This document shows positions 1 to 9,186 of a stretch of 56,571 bases of DNA, piece after piece (the stretch's first letter is position 1; every line of letters starts with the position of its first letter). The notes beneath the pieces are model-generated. The model was not told the origin of the DNA, did not search any database, and was given only the letters and a program-made list of their open reading frames with translations. The stretch is from a virus (taxonomy: Duplodnaviria; Caudoviricetes): IMG/VR virus record IMGVR_UViG_3300042914_004203, positions 1 through 56,571 of that record; one strand, 5' to 3'. The translations under genes were made by a program, and so were the position numbers.

Positions 1-1
1 A

Positions 2-352
2 ATTAAGAAAAGTATTTGCATAGCCAAAATTATAATTACCAAGATAACCGCCTGTTGCTAGTTCTAAATTGGTTATTGTATTATTATTTAAGATTCCAAT
101 ATTGGCACTAAAATTTGATCCACTTCCTGTAGTATTACTAGCACCGATATTGATCGGAGCCATATCTAAAGATCCATTAATTTTTATTGGTCTTGAGAAA
201 TAGAAACCACTAAAATTTGCTGTTTCAGCAAATGATACGTAACCAGTTGGTGTTGTTATGAAACTAAGAGCTGCAATACTCTCTGGTAATTCTATAAAAC
301 GTCCAGAAGCTTTATTAAATGCTTGTAGATATATATTACCAGTAGGTATCAT
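2..352 (-). CDS. Hypothetical protein, partial (runs off the window start), probably virion-associated
   Basis: ATG at 352 and an open frame MIPTGNIYLQAFNKASGRF... to the window edge; GTGTAA motif at 363-368 upstream. Confidence 0.6.
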   Translation of the reverse strand, partial: MIPTGNIYLQAFNKASGRFIELPESIAALSFITTPTGYVSFAETANFSGFYFSRPIKINGSLDMAPINIGASNTTGSGSNFSANIGILNNNTITNLELATGGYLGNYNFGYANTFLN

Positions 353-400
353 TATACTTTAATTACACTTTTTTTTAAAAAAAGTGTTTTTATATAAGAA

Positions 401-745
401 TTATTTACCTTCGGATAAAACGTCTTTAGATTTCTTGTCTAAGTTTACAGAATTGTCTAGATTTTTTGGAACATTAAATGTTGAAATGAACTTCTTAAAT
501 TCTGCAACGAGTCTTTTAGTTAGCATGTCTCTATTATCAATTGGAACTAAACCAATTTTATTTGCATGAGCTTGAAGATCGCTCTTGTTCATTTCATTGA
601 TGAAATTTGTATATTCTTCGATATTAGTAGTATTATATCTGCTTGATCCATTATCTCCCCATATTTGGTCTAGGGTCTTATATTGTACATTCTCTAATTT
701 TCCGTGAGTTTGAGAGAGTTCTTCTATTTTTCTTTTTCTTGGCAT
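401..745 (-). CDS. Hypothetical protein downstream of the major capsid gene
   Basis: 114-aa ORF with an AAGGAG Shine-Dalgarno upstream. Confidence 0.7.
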   Translation of the reverse strand: MPRKRKIEELSQTHGKLENVQYKTLDQIWGDNGSSRYNTTNIEEYTNFINEMNKSDLQAHANKIGLVPIDNRDMLTKRLVAEFKKFISTFNVPKNLDNSVNLDKKSKDVLSEGK

Positions 746-806
746 ATGTATCTCCTTAATTATATTATAAGAAATATCAATAAAATGTCTAAAGTATTTA
801 TAAAAT

Positions 807-840
807 AAAAGACCCAGTAGGGATTAACCTACTGGGCCTT
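807..840 (-). terminator. Intrinsic terminator after the major capsid gene
   Basis: CCCAGTAGG/CCTACTGGG 9-bp stem (813-821/828-836) with a 6-nt loop, followed by a U-tract on the minus strand. Confidence 0.8.
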
Positions 841-861
841 TAAATTTAATCTAATTATTAA

Positions 862-1950
862 TTAGACTATTAGACCAACGATTGCGCGAGCATCGATACA
901 AACGCGACCTTCTTCGAGAGAACCGTAGAAACCAGTCTTCTCAGAACGGGCAACGAATTGATCATCAGGAAGAACAGTGAATGTTCCACCGGATTCAGCT
1001 TGGCGAGCGATTGGGCGAATAAATGCTTCCTTGCTAAGATCGAGACCGATAGCAAGTTCTTTTGTAACACTATCAAAAGCTTGTGAACCTTTGAATGCGT
1101 TGAAAAGAGCACTGTACTTTTGACCTACGCCTAGTTCAACCAATTCATGGATGGTAACACCATAAAGTGATTCTGTACCAGCACCACGATAGATTTCCTC
1201 GCGGACGTTATCTGGAAGATTTGTTCCAGTACCGGCGGAAACTGTGAATGGTTGGTAAGCGAAAGCGCGGATGTCAGCTTTGATCTCTGGACTTACGAAT
1301 AGATCGGTTAATCCATATGAATCAGCGGTTGTGCCACCAGCATAAGAGGTATTAATTCTTTTTACTAGTGTCATTAGGCTGTTAAGATCGGCGAGTTGGA
1401 ATGTGCCACCGGTAGCAGCTGTGGTAATATGACCACCAGCTACGCCGTTGTTTGTGCCAACTGCTGCAGTACGAGCTTCGGCAAGAGCTTTTAGAACTAC
1501 TGCCCAAGCATTACGCTCTTGTTTTACAAGAACTTCATTGCTCATTCTCTCAACTGCTTTACTTACTACGTCGAGACGACCACGACGAGCATAGCGTTTT
1601 AGGAAGCTTACAGCACTATCTAGACGATAGGTGGAAACTTTCAATTCGCTGAAGCCTTCTACTGTTGAAGAAGGAAGACCGCCTGCTACATTTTGACTCC
1701 AAACTGTAACATAGTCTTGACCTTGATCGAACCATAGATCGAGAGGAAGACTTGGATTATCATCTTCATCATATGGTGCGTCAGAGTAGATTGCACTGGC
1801 TGTACCAGCTTGCATTAGAACCTTACTTACGACTGGTCCAATGAAAGCGGCAAAAGCCTCAGAAGCTTCACGAGCTACTGCAACATCTCTGCTGCCCATA
1901 GCTTTTACAAGCTCAACTTGTTCTGGGGTATTTTTTAGTTTGATTTTCAT
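862..1950 (-). CDS. Major capsid protein (HK97 fold, inferred)
   Basis: 362 aa, strong SD, biased codon usage, own terminator; canonical order protease/scaffold - decoration - capsid. Confidence 0.75.
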   Translation of the reverse strand: MKIKLKNTPEQVELVKAMGSRDVAVAREASEAFAAFIGPVVSKVLMQAGTASAIYSDAPYDEDDNPSLPLDLWFDQGQDYVTVWSQNVAGGLPSSTVEGFSELKVSTYRLDSAVSFLKRYARRGRLDVVSKAVERMSNEVLVKQERNAWAVVLKALAEARTAAVGTNNGVAGGHITTAATGGTFQLADLNSLMTLVKRINTSYAGGTTADSYGLTDLFVSPEIKADIRAFAYQPFTVSAGTGTNLPDNVREEIYRGAGTESLYGVTIHELVELGVGQKYSALFNAFKGSQAFDSVTKELAIGLDLSKEAFIRPIARQAESGGTFTVLPDDQFVARSEKTGFYGSLEEGRVCIDARAIVGLIV

Positions 1951-1971
1951 TTTCTATATAATCTCCTTAAA

Positions 1972-2589
1972 TTAGAAGTTGAGTTTGATTAGAGCAACGC
2001 CATTTACTGGTTTGCTAAGTAGTCTGCCAACTAGATTGCTTGGTGTTGCACCATTAGCTGTACTATTGACTGTACTTAGTTCACCTGCATTTAGGTTACT
2101 TAGATAAACTCCAGCACCAACATTGGCGCTAGCAGAAATTTCAGTACCACTATAGACAACGATGCCTTTAGTTAGAACTGGAACGCCTTGACCACTAACT
2201 ACTACGTTTTTCTCAGCGGCTTTACGTGGGTTGAAAACTAGTTTCTCGCCATTTTCGTCTAGCTCTTGAGTGCTTAGTAGAGTGATACCAAGGGCAGCGT
2301 CACCAGATGATGCTGCAGTTACTTTTGCTGTTAAAGCATAACGGTCGGAAACTGTGTTTGCAAAACCAGCGCCAACAAGACCAGCTAAATCAACTGGTAC
2401 TGCTCCTAGGAAGCCTGTGCCTCCTGGAGTTGTGGAGGCTACTACTGGTTGAAAACCGTTTCCTTCAACTTTTACTACTGTACCTGCGGTAGCAATAACG
2501 CCATTAGCGTCTTGCGCACCGTTATAGGCAAATAGGTTGACTACATCATGTTCGCTGTAGTCTCTGAATGGTCTTAGTGTATGTGCCAT
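1972..2589 (-). CDS. Capsid decoration/cement protein
   Basis: 205 aa, G/A/V-rich beta-type sequence, strong AAGGAG SD, immediately upstream of the capsid gene. Confidence 0.6.
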   Translation of the reverse strand: MAHTLRPFRDYSEHDVVNLFAYNGAQDANGVIATAGTVVKVEGNGFQPVVASTTPGGTGFLGAVPVDLAGLVGAGFANTVSDRYALTAKVTAASSGDAALGITLLSTQELDENGEKLVFNPRKAAEKNVVVSGQGVPVLTKGIVVYSGTEISASANVGAGVYLSNLNAGELSTVNSTANGATPSNLVGRLLSKPVNGVALIKLNF

Positions 2590-2607
2590 ATTATTTCTCC
2601 TTATTTA

Positions 2608-4146
2608 TTAGTTAATATCAAATCCTTCAAAACCGAAAGCTTTACTATACTTTTCGCGTAGTGAAACTTCAGCGGTTGTTGTTGAATTTGGGATTGAAGT
2701 CTTTTCAACGTTTGCGTTGTCTAGAACTTCATCTACAACTTCGGTTGCAGATTGTTCAGAAGATGTCGAGGCTTTTACTTCCTCTTTTACTTCAGAAGCT
2801 TTTGCTTTTTTCATGTCTTCTTCCATCATGTCCATTTTAGCTTTTTTAGCAGCTTTATTCTTATCTTTCATTAGGACTGCCATTTTCTTTTTGTATGCGG
2901 CAAATGCTTCTTCGTCTAAATCTTTAATATCAGTTGCAAGAATTTGACGATCTTCATCAGATAGATCGAATTCTTCATCAAAAGAAGCCATTCTTAGATT
3001 GAATGCTTCTTCTTTAGCTTTAGCAACTTTCTCTTCTTCGAGTTTAGCAAGAGCAGCCTTGAGTTTTTCAAGCTCTTCTTTTACTTTTTCACTCTCTGTG
3101 GAAAGTGCTTCATATTTTTCTTGTGCAGCTTTAATAGCAACATCTTTCTCATTCTTCTCGGCTACGAAAACCTCGGAGGCTTTCTTTAGCTCTTCTTGAA
3201 TGAAATCTGTTACGCTAGAAGCTGTGACTTGCTTTAATAGCTCGTCAGTAATTTGATTGATATTTTCTATTTTCATAATTATTCTGTTTATAACTCCTTC
3301 TTGATTTACAGTATTTTCTGTATTTTGTGAAATGTTATTTTCACTATTATTAGAGGATTCAGATTCTTCTTCTTTAGGTTTAAATTGAATAATGGCCACT
3401 TTATCATCATCTTTTACAGCTACACCCTGTACGTCTGCAGCTGGATTAGAGGTTAATCCTATACCTAAAGGAATAACATCTCCTACTACTTGACGATAAA
3501 TATAGGTATTATTGTTAATTTTACCTGTTCCTCCAAAAGCTTTAAGATTTTTACTTAATCGGTCTTTTTCTTCCTCATCTGTAACAAACTTAGCGTCTTC
3601 TAAATTCTTATTATTATTATCTAATAAAACAAGGTCATATTCACTAAAACCTAGTTCCCAAGAGGCACTTACTTTCATGTAATTCTCGCTAGAAGGATCG
3701 TTGCTTTCTTCAATTAGATTTGCAAGTTGAGGATTAATAATTTTCCACATTACTCCTCCAAGAGTAATATAAAATGGCTCTTTCATAGATTTAACATCTA
3801 ATTCTGCTAGAGATTCATTTGTACCGAATTTACTAAAATTAGCAGTTAAAATACATCCAATTACTCTAGAACGATCATGTTCAATATTAATTGGTTTATT
3901 AATAAAATTCTTTACCATTTCGGCTGCGGTGGCTGAATTTATAACATCTCCGTTCTTATTTACCCTGTTAACAACACAAGCATCAAATGCGATAGGAAGT
4001 AGATCTATATTTTTAGATGTATCAACGTCTGGCAAGAATTTTTTTAAATTAGTCATTGAAGCAAGAGATAGATATTTATCTTTCTCTTCGCTAACTACTG
4101 GCTTAATATGAAGATTAGCAAAAGTTGTATTATATTTAAATTCCAT
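2608..4146 (-). CDS. Prohead protease fused to a coiled-coil scaffold
   Basis: N-terminal NKNGD / INIEHD / SASWE motifs typical of phage head-maturation proteases; E/K/A-rich coiled-coil C-terminal half; position in the head operon. Confidence 0.7.
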   Translation of the reverse strand: MEFKYNTTFANLHIKPVVSEEKDKYLSLASMTNLKKFLPDVDTSKNIDLLPIAFDACVVNRVNKNGDVINSATAAEMVKNFINKPINIEHDRSRVIGCILTANFSKFGTNESLAELDVKSMKEPFYITLGGVMWKIINPQLANLIEESNDPSSENYMKVSASWELGFSEYDLVLLDNNNKNLEDAKFVTDEEEKDRLSKNLKAFGGTGKINNNTYIYRQVVGDVIPLGIGLTSNPAADVQGVAVKDDDKVAIIQFKPKEEESESSNNSENNISQNTENTVNQEGVINRIIMKIENINQITDELLKQVTASSVTDFIQEELKKASEVFVAEKNEKDVAIKAAQEKYEALSTESEKVKEELEKLKAALAKLEEEKVAKAKEEAFNLRMASFDEEFDLSDEDRQILATDIKDLDEEAFAAYKKKMAVLMKDKNKAAKKAKMDMMEEDMKKAKASEVKEEVKASTSSEQSATEVVDEVLDNANVEKTSIPNSTTTAEVSLREKYSKAFGFEGFDIN

Positions 4147-4148
4147 AA

Positions 4149-4733
4149 TTAAACCTCAAATGTAAAAACAAAACCTTCATCTTCGTCATCAAGATAAAGT
4201 TCGTCAGCACTAAGAAAATCAAAATCATTTAAATCATAATTTTTGATATCTTCGTCTGCTTGATTAAAATCATCATCATTTGGTTCAAAATTAGCTTCAA
4301 TTGTATAATCATTAGATGAAGCTCTAGCAATATCACTATCAGCTTTACGATAGGCATCTTTAACTGGTTTACCACTTACCATTCTAAGGAACATATTTAC
4401 TCTGGCCATAGCCCATTGACCACGGGTTTTTCCTGGTCTATGAGAGGAGGAAAAAGCGCCAGCACCACGGCGATACACTTTCTTTAATTGGCCTAGTGTT
4501 ACCTTCTTTTTATATTTAGAATTATGCTCTTTTACTTTATTCTTTAGAGCTTCGATTACTTTTTTAGAGAAATCTATAGCTTTATCACTTTTTATTCCAG
4601 CACTCCCTGGTTTATTACGACTAGAACCTTTGCGGCGTTCTGATGGTTTAGCTGGTGTCTGAGCTGAAGATTTTGGACCACGCCTTTTGGCTTTAACAAA
4701 TTCAAAGCCATATTGTTCTGAATTATAATTCAT
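4149..4733 (-). CDS. Conserved phage protein, basic N-terminus and acidic tail
   Basis: YRRGAGAFSSSHRPG...QWAMARVN motif recognised from large-phage head regions; GTGTAA at 4747-4752. Confidence 0.6.
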   Translation of the reverse strand: MNYNSEQYGFEFVKAKRRGPKSSAQTPAKPSERRKGSSRNKPGSAGIKSDKAIDFSKKVIEALKNKVKEHNSKYKKKVTLGQLKKVYRRGAGAFSSSHRPGKTRGQWAMARVNMFLRMVSGKPVKDAYRKADSDIARASSNDYTIEANFEPNDDDFNQADEDIKNYDLNDFDFLSADELYLDDEDEGFVFTFEV

Positions 4734-4772
4734 ATATTTAACAATATTACACTTTAATTTAATTAATTTAAA

Positions 4773-4919
4773 TTATTTTTTCTTTAATTCTTCTGTAGCA
4801 TCGGCAGCAGAACCCATTGTGGCGGTATCTGGATATTTTGTGGGTAACTCTCTACTATTATAATTTGAATCTGAACAAGAAGCTAACGCAAATAGTAATA
4901 TTAATATAATATATTTCAC
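4773..4919 (-). CDS. Small lipoprotein (48 aa, not in the ORF track)
   Basis: GTG start, MKYIILILLFALASCSDSN... with an LASC lipobox; GTGTAA 8 nt upstream. Confidence 0.55.
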   Translation of the reverse strand: MKYIILILLFALASCSDSNYNSRELPTKYPDTATMGSAADATEELKKK

Positions 4920-4936
4920 TATGAATATTACACTTA

Positions 4937-5629
4937 TTAATTTTTGAATTTTTCTGAAATAATTTTATCAGTTTTTTCTATATTATCTTTAGGATTAACT
5001 ACTACACTAGCTAATGCTTCTTCTATTATTTTGGCTTCTGCATCACGACGACGACTCATCCCTTTTTCTATGCTACCACCTATCCATATTCTTTTCATTT
5101 TTCTTACTTGTTCTGCAATTTGAAATAATATTTTCTCATCAAAATCTGAGTTTTTTGCCATAATATCACGGATAGATTTCATCTCGCGGCGGCGATCTCC
5201 TTCGAGCGCGGCTCCTCTATTAAATACAAGACTAACTAAACCTCCTTTAGCATCTTCTGGAAGTTTATCAAAATTTGGAAATGTAGCGCGCGTTAGATCA
5301 TAAAACTTTTTTACGGTCTTATTCATAAATACCTTTACTGATAATTCCCAAGGGATAGTTATATCTTTTAGTCTACGTGCAAGCTCTTTTGCTTGATAAC
5401 CTTTTACTCCAACAACGCGATATAATCTATCAAAAGTTTCTTTAGGTAAATCTTTCCAATCATTAGAAAATTCAGTTTTATTTACATATCCAGTATCATA
5501 GCCCACGCCAATTGTTACTCCACTTTGTTCTCCTGGCCAAGTTGGATTTTTTAAAAATTTATTGTAATAATTTTCACCACCACCGACTTCAAAATCAAAA
5601 ATGAGTTTAAGAGATTTATCGTTTAACAT
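4937..5629 (-). CDS. Endolysin, lysozyme-like muramidase
   Basis: FE near the N-terminus, SGVTIGVGYD, LVSLVFNRG and RRRDAEA motifs of lysozyme-fold muramidases; sits among membrane and lipoprotein genes. Confidence 0.75.
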   Translation of the reverse strand: MLNDKSLKLIFDFEVGGGENYYNKFLKNPTWPGEQSGVTIGVGYDTGYVNKTEFSNDWKDLPKETFDRLYRVVGVKGYQAKELARRLKDITIPWELSVKVFMNKTVKKFYDLTRATFPNFDKLPEDAKGGLVSLVFNRGAALEGDRRREMKSIRDIMAKNSDFDEKILFQIAEQVRKMKRIWIGGSIEKGMSRRRDAEAKIIEEALASVVVNPKDNIEKTDKIISEKFKN

Positions 5630-5632
5630 TTA

Positions 5633-6052
5633 TTAATTATTTATTTTATCTATTGTCTTATCTATGATATTATCCGCTGGGACTTTTTCTTTTAGCCAAC
5701 TATTCATTACCCCGAAATATACAAGATGCTCATTGTCAATTAAAAAAAGATCATTTCCATAACGGTCTTTATATGGTTTTATACCTGCATCTTCCACTAG
5801 TTCAATAGCTTTTTCTTTCTTAAATTTTACTTTGTACATCTTAATTAAATTATTATATCTTTCTCTAGCTTGTGAAGTAATAACTGCTCCATTATCAATA
5901 AGAGCTACCAAACCACCATTATCTTTATTATAATTAGATGGTGTAGAAGCATCATATGATGCAGTATTATCCTGTATTTTATCTGGTGTTATTGTTGCGC
6001 ATCCAACAATAAAAAAATTAAGAACCAATATGCTTGCGAATTTCTTCAACAT
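5633..6052 (-). CDS. Lipoprotein, possible o-spanin
   Basis: Signal peptide ending IVGC; overlaps the upstream small gene, as in Rz/Rz1 pairs. Confidence 0.5.
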   Translation of the reverse strand: MLKKFASILVLNFFIVGCATITPDKIQDNTASYDASTPSNYNKDNGGLVALIDNGAVITSQARERYNNLIKMYKVKFKKEKAIELVEDAGIKPYKDRYGNDLFLIDNEHLVYFGVMNSWLKEKVPADNIIDKTIDKINN

Positions 6053-6215
6053 TTTTCTCCTTAACGGCTTCTTCTATTTTGCTTTGATGATCAACTTCTT
6101 TTTGAGCTTGGTGACGCTCTTTCATTTCTTTAGTGTTCTTTGCGCCAAAAACATTATTAATTGCTTCAAATATCCCACCTACAAGTCTTACTAATGCTCC
6201 AACAAATTCTGTCAC
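6018..6215 (-). CDS. Small protein, possible i-spanin
   Basis: Hydrophobic N-terminus followed by a charged coiled coil; lies in the lysis cassette. Confidence 0.4.
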   Translation of the reverse strand: MTEFVGALVRLVGGIFEAINNVFGAKNTKEMKERHQAQKEVDHQSKIEEAVKEKNVEEIRKHIGS

Positions 6216-6216
6216 A

Positions 6217-6675
6217 TTAGTCTACGTATTCTTCTGTAGCGTCTTTACAACCTGCGGCGATTGCATTAAGAACTTTTACAGCAAGAGCGGCGTCTCCATT
6301 TAGTTTAGCAAATTGTGAAGCGTAAATATCTTTTAGAGCAACAACATATTTTGCCCAATGAGTTTTTTCTGCTGGAAGATAGTCCATAAGAGCTTTTTGT
6401 AATTGATCTGGTGTTGGAGTTTGACCAATTGTAAGAGTCTGAACAATAGTTGCGACATTATTAATCATCTTAGCCTTCTCGACGCGATCTTCTGGTGATA
6501 AAGCTTGCTCAAGAACGACTGTGCAGGCAAGAATAACTGCTGGTTTAATATAAGGAAGAGCATTTTCTACTGCAGTTGTTCCACCAATTTGGTTATCTCC
6601 ACCGGTATTTGTAGTAGAGCAACCAATCATAAAAATACCCATAAGGGCAACTGCAATTAAGTTTAATTTATTCAT
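6217..6675 (-). CDS. Lipoprotein
   Basis: Signal peptide ending MIGC, then a helical body. Confidence 0.6.
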   Translation of the reverse strand: MNKLNLIAVALMGIFMIGCSTTNTGGDNQIGGTTAVENALPYIKPAVILACTVVLEQALSPEDRVEKAKMINNVATIVQTLTIGQTPTPDQLQKALMDYLPAEKTHWAKYVVALKDIYASQFAKLNGDAALAVKVLNAIAAGCKDATEEYVD

Positions 6676-6971
6676 ATATTTTCTCCATGTCCTATTTCTT
6701 TCTTTACTCTTTTTTTTGCTTCTTTTGTTTGAGCAATTTTGCCACCTGTTACTGCGGCATCTTTTACTGTAAGAGCAAAAACTATGCCACTAACAACGGC
6801 GATAAGTTTAGAAAATCCAACAATGTATTCTTCAATTTTATCTGGCAAAAATGCCACAAGAGAGTTATCTCCATGAATTGCAAATGCCGTGGCTACAGCT
6901 ACAACTGTAATTATTCCAGAAGAACTAGAACGCCAATTTGGACCAAATAATTTAAATAGCATATGTTTCAT
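6672..6971 (-). CDS. Holin candidate
   Basis: 99 aa, two hydrophobic segments and a basic C-terminus; first gene of the lysis cassette; GTGTAA 6 nt upstream. Confidence 0.5.
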   Translation of the reverse strand: MKHMLFKLFGPNWRSSSSGIITVVAVATAFAIHGDNSLVAFLPDKIEEYIVGFSKLIAVVSGIVFALTVKDAAVTGGKIAQTKEAKKRVKKEIGHGENI

Positions 6972-7004
6972 AATATATTACACTATTATTATACATATTA
7001 ATTT

Positions 7005-8216
7005 TTAAAATATCAATACTTTCTTCTGATTATTTAAGATTCCATATAGGATATTTCCACTCGCGAATATTCCTCTTCTGCCAAAATCTGGGTCAAGATC
7101 AAAATTAAAACTCAACGTCGCTGTTTTATTACTTCCTATAGAAGAATCGTAATTTATGTTATTAAATTTACATCCGCTAAAGATAAATTTTGTTGGAGAT
7201 ATTCCATTATTATTACAATTTTTATTGAAATTTACAACAACATTGTAATCGCTGTTCTGATTTAGAGTATCTAAAAATGATCCAGATAAAGTTTCTTGAA
7301 CTACGAGACTCATGTTTAATGTTCCATTTAATGGAAACTCTATTTTTCTTAAAAGTGGTAATTTATAATTTACTGACCTATAAGGTTTTCTATTAAAGTT
7401 TATGTTGAAGTTTATGCTTTGTATAGCGTCATTGTAGAACTCTAGTCCATTATTATTTGTGTAGAATGAAACGTCTGCATCGTTAGGGATAAGGATATTT
7501 TGACCACTAATATTCGATTGTTGGTATTGAAGACTTTTTGGTATAATAATTGTTTCATTTTGGATTTGATTAATTCCAGATCTTAAATCTAAAGTGCTAT
7601 ATCTTATACCTGATCCACTTGAGTAATAAATTATATTATCTGCAGTATAGCTCTGGTTAACTATAGGAATATTACCTACAGAAACATCAAAAGAATATTC
7701 GTTTAAGTATGCATTCTGAAAATGTAAAATTCCATAGTTATTACTGTTAGGGTCTATAATATCACTTACATTAGTTGGATTTACAATATTATTTGTAAAT
7801 AATGAATTATTATTAAATAAATCGTTATCATTTTTATTAGTTATTAGATAAAAATCTCTTTTATTTAAAATTTGATTGTTAGAAGATAGACCGGAAAACA
7901 TTGGTAAATAATTTCCAGAGAAATTATTAACATTAAAATTTAATCTATTTTCATTCGTTACTCCATCTGGAATATAAGAGAAATTAAATGTAACCTCTGG
8001 AGCTAGTCCTTGTCCACGAAAAATATTTTGTTTTTGACCAAAGCCTTGAGCGTCTAATTGATTTTTTTGTATTGAATAATTAAAATTTTGGACTTTTTCT
8101 ATTCTTTTTAATATCCTGCTGTTAGATAAAAAATAGTCTTTGCCAGCAGATTGTTCTCCAGAATATGGAGCAACAAACAAACCTTCTACATTATAGATTA
8201 TTCTATTTCTTGGCAT
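7005..8216 (-). CDS. Putative structural protein (tail-tube-like)
   Basis: 403 aa beta-rich sequence with internal two-domain similarity (QNFNYSI / QSINFNI); late motif upstream; function inferred only. Confidence 0.4.
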   Translation of the reverse strand: MPRNRIIYNVEGLFVAPYSGEQSAGKDYFLSNSRILKRIEKVQNFNYSIQKNQLDAQGFGQKQNIFRGQGLAPEVTFNFSYIPDGVTNENRLNFNVNNFSGNYLPMFSGLSSNNQILNKRDFYLITNKNDNDLFNNNSLFTNNIVNPTNVSDIIDPNSNNYGILHFQNAYLNEYSFDVSVGNIPIVNQSYTADNIIYYSSGSGIRYSTLDLRSGINQIQNETIIIPKSLQYQQSNISGQNILIPNDADVSFYTNNNGLEFYNDAIQSINFNINFNRKPYRSVNYKLPLLRKIEFPLNGTLNMSLVVQETLSGSFLDTLNQNSDYNVVVNFNKNCNNNGISPTKFIFSGCKFNNINYDSSIGSNKTATLSFNFDLDPDFGRRGIFASGNILYGILNNQKKVLIF

Positions 8217-8246
8217 TATCCTTAATCCTTATAAAGAATTACACTT

Positions 8247-9143
8247 TTAATTACTATCTTTTATAGTTTCGCCGCGCCATTGTTCTATGGTAATATTTGG
8301 GTTAATATCTAACATATAGGGCTCTTGAGCCACCCTCATGGCTATTGATTCTTGTACCATTTTATTACTTTTAGTTTTTAAAAGATGAGTATATTTTTTA
8401 AATGATTTATCTCCAGAATCATTCATATCATTTAATAATGTATTTATTTTTAAATTATAATATTTATCATTAAATAAACTTAAATTTAATTGTTCAAGAG
8501 AGCATGAATTTGCTAAGATTGCATCTCCATATAAAGAATGATAATAATCCGACTCAAATAAAATTTTATATTTTTCATTTTTAATCATATCAAGGGCGAA
8601 GCTTGAGTATTCATATATAAATTTAGTATTCTGCCCACCAAAAATTCCAACATTATAAATGGGAATTTGTTTTTTACTATTTATTAGATCCTGCCAAGCC
8701 TCTGGTATAAAACCTAAACCCATAACTTTTAAAAAATTAAGATCATATTGTCTATTAAATTTTTGATGACTATAATTTTCATACAGATCAAAATCTAATG
8801 ATTGTGCAAAAACTTCACTACTTAATAGCTCTTCTGGTAATCGTTCCCATAATAAAACATCTGAGTCTAGATGCAAAAAAGGACCATTTTTTGCAATTTT
8901 ATAATATGCATATATCTTACCGAGACTCCAAACCTTACCACTATTAATATCTTTTAAATCATTTAAATACAAAGCAACCGATTCAAATGGTAAATCTTTT
9001 AATAATTCAGCTCCTTTTGTATCTGTTATAAGATGAATTTTTTTATAATGTTTTTTTGCTAAAGCTAAAGATAGTTTCCAAAAATTTATATTTAATTGAT
9101 CTGCGCGAAAACCTTGAGTCCAAAAAGACATATATACATTCAT
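8247..9143 (-). CDS. DUF6734-like putative glycosyltransferase (paralogue 1 of 3)
   Basis: YMSFW, HLITD, WSLGKI, HLDSD (DxD), NVGIFGG, EQ and YTHL motifs shared with 20782 and 22973. Confidence 0.6.
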   Translation of the reverse strand: MNVYMSFWTQGFRADQLNINFWKLSLALAKKHYKKIHLITDTKGAELLKDLPFESVALYLNDLKDINSGKVWSLGKIYAYYKIAKNGPFLHLDSDVLLWERLPEELLSSEVFAQSLDFDLYENYSHQKFNRQYDLNFLKVMGLGFIPEAWQDLINSKKQIPIYNVGIFGGQNTKFIYEYSSFALDMIKNEKYKILFESDYYHSLYGDAILANSCSLEQLNLSLFNDKYYNLKINTLLNDMNDSGDKSFKKYTHLLKTKSNKMVQESIAMRVAQEPYMLDINPNITIEQWRGETIKDSN

Positions 9144-9186
9144 AATATATTATATGAATATTTTGTTATTTTTAAAAATTAAAATT

